In this document: one piece after another, positions 59,520 to 64,000 of the stretch
Position numbering within the stretch: position 1 is the stretch's first letter
Layout: every line of letters begins with the position of its first letter
DNA from: Candidatus Spongiisociaceae bacterium
Lineage (GTDB): Bacteria; Actinomycetota; Acidimicrobiia; Spongiisociales; Spongiisociaceae
Length of the DNA stretch: 64,000 nucleotides
Direction of reading: 5' to 3'
Assembly: GCA_965262915.1 (NCBI GenBank)
Contig: OZ253564.1
Location: 3,040,001-3,104,000, forward strand
Translations under genes and position numbers: made by a program
Notes under the pieces: model-generated
Told to the model about the DNA's origin: nothing
Seen by the model: the letters and a program-made list of their open reading frames with translations, nothing else
The model's database searches: none

Positions 59520-60688
59520 AAAGAAGGCTCCGGATCGGCCTCGTCGGTTTCGGATGGATGGGCCAGGCCCACTCCCGCTCGTACATCTCGATCCCCCTCT
59601 ACTTCCCGGAGGCGCCCTTCCGGCCGGTTCTCGCCGCGGTGGCCGAAACCATCCCCGAGCGGGTGCGCCGGGCTGTCGAGGACTTCGGGTACCGAGCCGG
59701 GACCTCCGACTGGCGGGAACTGGTGGACCGACCCGACCTCGACATCATCGACATCACCGCTCCCAACGCCATGCACCAGGAGGTCGCGGAGGCGGCCGCG
59801 GCAGCCGGGAAGCACATCTTCTGCGAGAAGCCGGTGGGGATATCCACGGATGCCACCGCCCGGATCGAGTTAGCCGCCCGGCGGGCCGGGGTGATTACCG
59901 GGTGCGGCTACAACTACCGGTGGGCGCCGCTGGTCCGTTACGCAAAGCAGTTGATCGAGGAGGGCCGGGTGGGTACCCCAACGCACTACCGGGGCCGTTT
60001 CTTCAGTATGTACGGCAGAGACCGGCTCGGGTTGCTCACCTGGCGGTTCCTCCAGGAGGCGGCCGGCCACGGCGCTCTGACCGACATCATGTCCCATGCC
60101 ATCGACATGGCCCAGTTCCTCTACGGACCGATCCGTAGGGTGGTGGCGACCCGGGAGACTTTCGTGGTGGAACGCCCTCTCCCCACCGGGACGGGAACGC
60201 ACTACGACCGCGGCTCACCCGTCGATCCGACCGGGAAGGTGACCAACGAGGACTACGTGGGCGCGCTGGTCCAGTTCGCCAACGGGGCAAGAGGAACCCT
60301 TGAGGCCGACCGCTCGATCTTCGGACCGCAGTGCCAGCTGGCGTTCGAGTTGAACGGATCGAAGGGCGCCATCTCGTGGGACCACGAGAAGCTCAACCAG
60401 CTACGCCTCTACCTGCCGGAGGAGCAGCCCGACGACGGTTTCATCGAGGTCCTGGCGGGTGACAAGTTCTACCGCCAGGCGAACCTGGTTCCGGGCGGCG
60501 GCAACTCGATCGGGTTCGAGGACCTGAAGATCCTGGAGGCGTACGAGTTTCTCTGCTCGGTGGCGTCCGGGACGCCCCACGAGCCGGGCTTCGCGACGGC
60601 AGTCGCCAACGCCTCCGTGGCTGCCGCGATGATCCGCTCGTGGACATCGGAGCGGTGGGAAGACGTAGAGTCCGTGCGTATCGATTGA
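59516..60688 (+). CDS. Gfo/Idh/MocA oxidoreductase (inositol dehydrogenase-like)
   Basis: GFGWMG, CEKP, DIMSH; next to iolD relic. Confidence 0.88.
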   Translation: MKRRLRIGLVGFGWMGQAHSRSYISIPLYFPEAPFRPVLAAVAETIPERVRRAVEDFGYRAGTSDWRELVDRPDLDIIDITAPNAMHQEVAEAAAAAGKHIFCEKPVGISTDATARIELAARRAGVITGCGYNYRWAPLVRYAKQLIEEGRVGTPTHYRGRFFSMYGRDRLGLLTWRFLQEAAGHGALTDIMSHAIDMAQFLYGPIRRVVATRETFVVERPLPTGTGTHYDRGSPVDPTGKVTNEDYVGALVQFANGARGTLEADRSIFGPQCQLAFELNGSKGAISWDHEKLNQLRLYLPEEQPDDGFIEVLAGDKFYRQANLVPGGGNSIGFEDLKILEAYEFLCSVASGTPHEPGFATAVANASVAAAMIRSWTSERWEDVESVRID

Positions 60689-60748
60689 CGACGCGCCGAC
60701 GAGGTGACCCATGGCACCTTGTTGACGGGAATGCAATAGGAGACACGA

Positions 60749-60977
60749 ATGGAGACCGTCCGGCTTACGACCGCCCACGCCAACCGTCTTCCTCTGCTCA
60801 TTCTCTCGGGTGACACCTTCCAGCATCGGATCGTCGACCCGGTGCTCCAGCAGATCGAGGTGTTCGAGGATCCGACCGTCACCGTTTGCGACACCTTCAA
60901 GCCGGTCAGCTGCTAATGGGACCGCATTACCCGACCCGAGCAGGTAATCCGGTCGCTACCGCCTATGAGCACTGCTG
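60749..60977 (+). pseudogene. iolD: iolD remnant
   Basis: METVRLTTAHA joined to NRLPLLILSGDTF..DPVLQQIE..DTFKPVSC*WDRITRPEQ; internal TAA; cut by MITE. Confidence 0.85.
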
Positions 60978-61083
60978 TAGGAGGGCGGTCGAAAACGGTG
61001 GGAAGCAACGGCCCGTCTTCCTCTGAACTGGCATCATGTCATCGGTCGACGGGCCGTGAAGGGGTTTCACACCCCCCTCCTAG
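60977..61083. mobile_element. MITE family B copy 11
   Basis: TAGGAGGGCGG...CCCCCTCCTAG with ACGGCCCGTC/GACGGGCCGT inner IR. Confidence 0.85.
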
Positions 61084-61109
61084 AGGCCGGTAACCAAAGG
61101 AGGTAGAGG

Positions 61110-61916
61110 ATGGGACGTTTCAGCGGCAAGGTAGCGCTCGTCACCGGGAGCACGCAGGGTCTCGGCGAGGGCGTCGCGGAACGGTTCGTCGAGGAGGGAC
61201 TCGCCGGGCTCGTCGTAACAGGGCGCAACTCCGAGCGAGGCGATGCCGTCGCGAGCCGTTTGGCGGACGGAGGCTGCCGGACCGTATTCGTCCCGGCCGA
61301 CCTCGCCGAGCCAGAGGGGCCCGCCGGGCTCATCGAAGCCACTGACCGGAACTTCGGCCGCCTGGACATCCTCGTGAACGCGGCCGGAGACTCGCACCGG
61401 GGAACGATCGAGGACACCGGTATAGAGCTGTTCGATCACCTCATGGCCGTGAACGTCCGGGCACCGTTCATGTTGATGCAGGGCGCCATCCGTATCATGC
61501 GACGGGAAGGCATCGAGGGCTCCATCATCAACATCGCATCGGTGGCGTCCCACGGCGGCCCGCCCTACCTGACCGCCTACGCGACCAGCAAAGGAGCGCT
61601 GGTGGTGCTGACCCGTAACGTCGCCCATTCGGTGGCCTGGGACCGCATCCGGGTGAACGCATTGAGCATCGGCTGGATGGACAGCCCGGCCGAACACATG
61701 ATTCGGGAGCGTTTCCACGGGGGCGATCCGCAATGGTTGGAGAAGGCGGAGGAGAGCCAACCGTTCGGACGGCTCCTCAAGACCCATGAAGTCGCCAAGG
61801 CGGTCGCGTTCCTCGCGTCGGACGACTCGGGAATGATGACCGGAGCGGCGGTGGACTTCAACCAGATCGTCGTGGGCCCCGAACCGGGACCGGCTCACCG
61901 CCCCTCCCACCGGTGA
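61110..61916 (+). CDS. SDR family oxidoreductase
   Basis: TGSTQGLG, VNAAG, YATSK. Confidence 0.92.
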   Translation: MGRFSGKVALVTGSTQGLGEGVAERFVEEGLAGLVVTGRNSERGDAVASRLADGGCRTVFVPADLAEPEGPAGLIEATDRNFGRLDILVNAAGDSHRGTIEDTGIELFDHLMAVNVRAPFMLMQGAIRIMRREGIEGSIINIASVASHGGPPYLTAYATSKGALVVLTRNVAHSVAWDRIRVNALSIGWMDSPAEHMIRERFHGGDPQWLEKAEESQPFGRLLKTHEVAKAVAFLASDDSGMMTGAAVDFNQIVVGPEPGPAHRPSHR

Positions 61917-62117
61917 GCCTGCGAACGACACAGCCCGATGCGGCACTCCACGCCGGCCTGTCCGGGAGACATACTTCCTCGACTACCTGCCATCGGGGCC
62001 GGTGGGCGAGTAGCGGGGTCCGCGGCGCCTTCCTACCCGACCGCACCAGGATCCACGACGACCGGGGCACCGGTGCGATGAGCCTTCCGGACCCATGCGC
62101 GGAGGTTTGACAGGAGT

Positions 62118-63104
62118 ATGAGCGGAATCCCGACCGAGGCGCCCCCCGAGACCCTGGCATTCAACGCCGAGGTAGTGGCCCTCACGCGAAACTTGTCGCC
62201 CGCATGGGAAGTTGGCGTTTCGGAAGCGCGTCGGGTGAGAGAAGAAGGTCTGTCGATACTCGGCCCCCGGATCCTGTCTCCCATAGCGTCCGACCGCATG
62301 ATCGACGGAGCAGGCGGACCCATCCGCCTGCGGGTGATAGCTCCCGAGGGCGAGCCACGAGGGATCTTCCTGCATATCCACGGGGGAGGTTGGGTCTGGG
62401 GAGGTCCCCACCACCACGACCCCCTACTGGTGTCCCTGGCGGACGCCACGAGGCTGGTGGTGGTCTCGACGTCCTACCGTTTCGCTCCCGAGAACCCCTA
62501 CCCGGCAGGGCCCGATGACTGCGAGGAGGCGGCCCTGTGGTTATACCGCAACGGCCCTACGGAGTTGGGACAGGAACTCGTCGCGATCGGCGGGGAATCG
62601 GCAGGCGCCCATCTCGCCGCGGTGACCTGCCTACGCATGCGGGACCGGCACCGGCTCAGGCCTTTCGAGGTCGCGCTGCTCACCTACGGTTGCTATGACC
62701 TCCGCTGTACACCCTCCGTGAGGGCCTTCGGCGACCAGCCACTGATCCTCAACACCTCGTCAGTCCGGTGGTTCGTCGAGCAGTTCACCGGCAACCGGAA
62801 CCTGGAGGACCCGGACGTGTCGCCGATCTGGGCCGATCTCGCCGGTCTGCCGCCTGCTCTCTTCACCGTAGGTGGTCTGGATCCTATGCTGGACGACTCG
62901 TTGTTCATGTCCGCTCGGTGGCGGTCAGCGGGTAACGATGCCCGGCTCGACGTGTGGCCGGGCGCCATACACGCCTTCGACCTCTTCGATACCGCATACG
63001 GGCGAGCCGCCCGGGACCGGATGCACCGGTTCGTCAACTCGGTTCTGGGCGACGGCTCGGAAAGATGTCCAGGTCGCCTTGCTAACGGTCTGTCTGTGAA
63101 GTGA
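62118..63104 (+). CDS. HSL-family esterase/lipase
   Basis: HGGGW, GESAG, D and HAF catalytic motifs; last codons lie in a MITE. Confidence 0.9.
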   Translation: MSGIPTEAPPETLAFNAEVVALTRNLSPAWEVGVSEARRVREEGLSILGPRILSPIASDRMIDGAGGPIRLRVIAPEGEPRGIFLHIHGGGWVWGGPHHHDPLLVSLADATRLVVVSTSYRFAPENPYPAGPDDCEEAALWLYRNGPTELGQELVAIGGESAGAHLAAVTCLRMRDRHRLRPFEVALLTYGCYDLRCTPSVRAFGDQPLILNTSSVRWFVEQFTGNRNLEDPDVSPIWADLAGLPPALFTVGGLDPMLDDSLFMSARWRSAGNDARLDVWPGAIHAFDLFDTAYGRAARDRMHRFVNSVLGDGSERCPGRLANGLSVK

Positions 63105-63250
63105 GCGCTTGGAATGTGTTGCAGAGCCGTTCCTCGCAAGGCCCACCGACGAGAGCGTGACCGGCAGCGGCATGGCGAGGAGTCGGAATGCGGCGGGGAT
63201 CGTCACCGACAAGCAGGATCGGGCGAATCGTCCTGCAGACAGACCACTAA
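63083..63250. mobile_element. MITE family A copy
   Basis: GGTCTGTCTGTGAA...GTTCCTCGCAAGGCC...GCAGACAGACCACTA. Confidence 0.8.
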
Positions 63251-63289
63251 GGTCGGTCCCCCGACCCGTTGACGTAAGGAGAAGCCCGA

Positions 63290-64000
63290 ATGGACCTGTT
63301 GCCAGGCGTGGCAGCCTGCACTGTCACCACCAGCCGACTGCGTACCCACTACTACGAATATGGACCGGAGTCCGGGACTCCGGTGGTGATGATCCATGGG
63401 AACCTGTCAACCGGTCGCTTCTTCGAACATCTGTGGCCGGGGGCGCCGGACGGCTACCGGTTCATCGCTCCGGACATGCGTTCCTTCGGCCGCTCCGAAC
63501 CCAAACCTATAAACGCCACGAGAGGCCTCCGCGACTGGGCCGACGATACCCGGGCTTTGCTGGAGGAACTCGACATCCGGCAACCTCCCCACCTGGTCGG
63601 ATGGTCGACCGGCGGCGCCGCCATCGCCGCCTACGCGATGAAGCATCCGGTCGCCTCCCTGACCTTCATCGACCCCGTCTCACCCTACGGATATGGTGCC
63701 ACCCTCCGAGACGGCACGCCGTGCCAACCCGACTGGGCGGGTACCGGTGGTGGAACCGGGAACCCCGAGTTCACCGCCCGGCTGGCTTCCGGAGACCGGT
63801 CCGCCGACGACCCGGTGTCGCCTCGAAACGTGATGACCTCCTCCTACTGGTCGGCCGAATACCGCCTCCCGCCCGACCGGGAGGAGATCCTGGTGGACGA
63901 GGTCCTTCTCACCGTCACCGGCGACGACGGTTACCCCGGAGACCTGACACCTTCGGAGAACTGGCCCAATGTGGCGCCGGGAGTCCGGGGCATACTCAAC
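63290..64000 (+). CDS. alpha/beta hydrolase (runs off window)
   Basis: AAGGAG RBS, MIHGN, PDMRSFG, GWSTGG; not in the ORF track because it has no stop in the window. Confidence 0.85.
   Translation, partial: MDLLPGVAACTVTTSRLRTHYYEYGPESGTPVVMIHGNLSTGRFFEHLWPGAPDGYRFIAPDMRSFGRSEPKPINATRGLRDWADDTRALLEELDIRQPPHLVGWSTGGAAIAAYAMKHPVASLTFIDPVSPYGYGATLRDGTPCQPDWAGTGGGTGNPEFTARLASGDRSADDPVSPRNVMTSSYWSAEYRLPPDREEILVDEVLLTVTGDDGYPGDLTPSENWPNVAPGVRGILN

Noticed and set aside
60914-60916. In-frame stop in iolD as recoding
   Set aside because: It is TAA, in a gene also deleted and truncated; simple decay
4807-61083. Repeats as a CRISPR array or integron attC sites
   Set aside because: Dispersed rather than regularly spaced, no cas or integrase gene, no GTTRRRY cores, and they flank housekeeping genes
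1-64000. tRNA, rRNA or known riboswitch
   Set aside because: No cloverleaf or rRNA signature recognised by eye; an Rfam/tRNAscan search would be needed to exclude them fully

Overview
High-GC, actinobacterial-looking window; gene content and leaderless starts suggest Acidimicrobiia (inference). Housekeeping genes: alpha/beta-hydrolase-murF-ddl, fabI, acs, malyl-CoA lyase-like, lpdA-E2-lipB/lipA fusion, a fragmented SUF system with two sufC, fumC, gltBD, a sigma-70, udgB, a split aconitase X operon and a decaying inositol-type cluster. The most striking accessory feature is a tandem array of three ~690-aa secreted beta-propeller proteins plus a relic of a fourth; each intact gene is preceded by the same GGGAACCT-N16-CGTC motif, an ECF-sigma-type promoter. 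Intergenic DNA carries at least three MITE-like families (11, 3 loci and 2 copies) that nest within each other and flank an IS1380. Also present: a four-unit MprA-type box next to an MprAB-like pair with a frameshifted kinase, a duplicated promoter-plus-leader element upstream of small membrane proteins, a VapBC pair and several pseudogenes. No rRNA, tRNA or CRISPR array was seen. All calls were made by eye without database searches.
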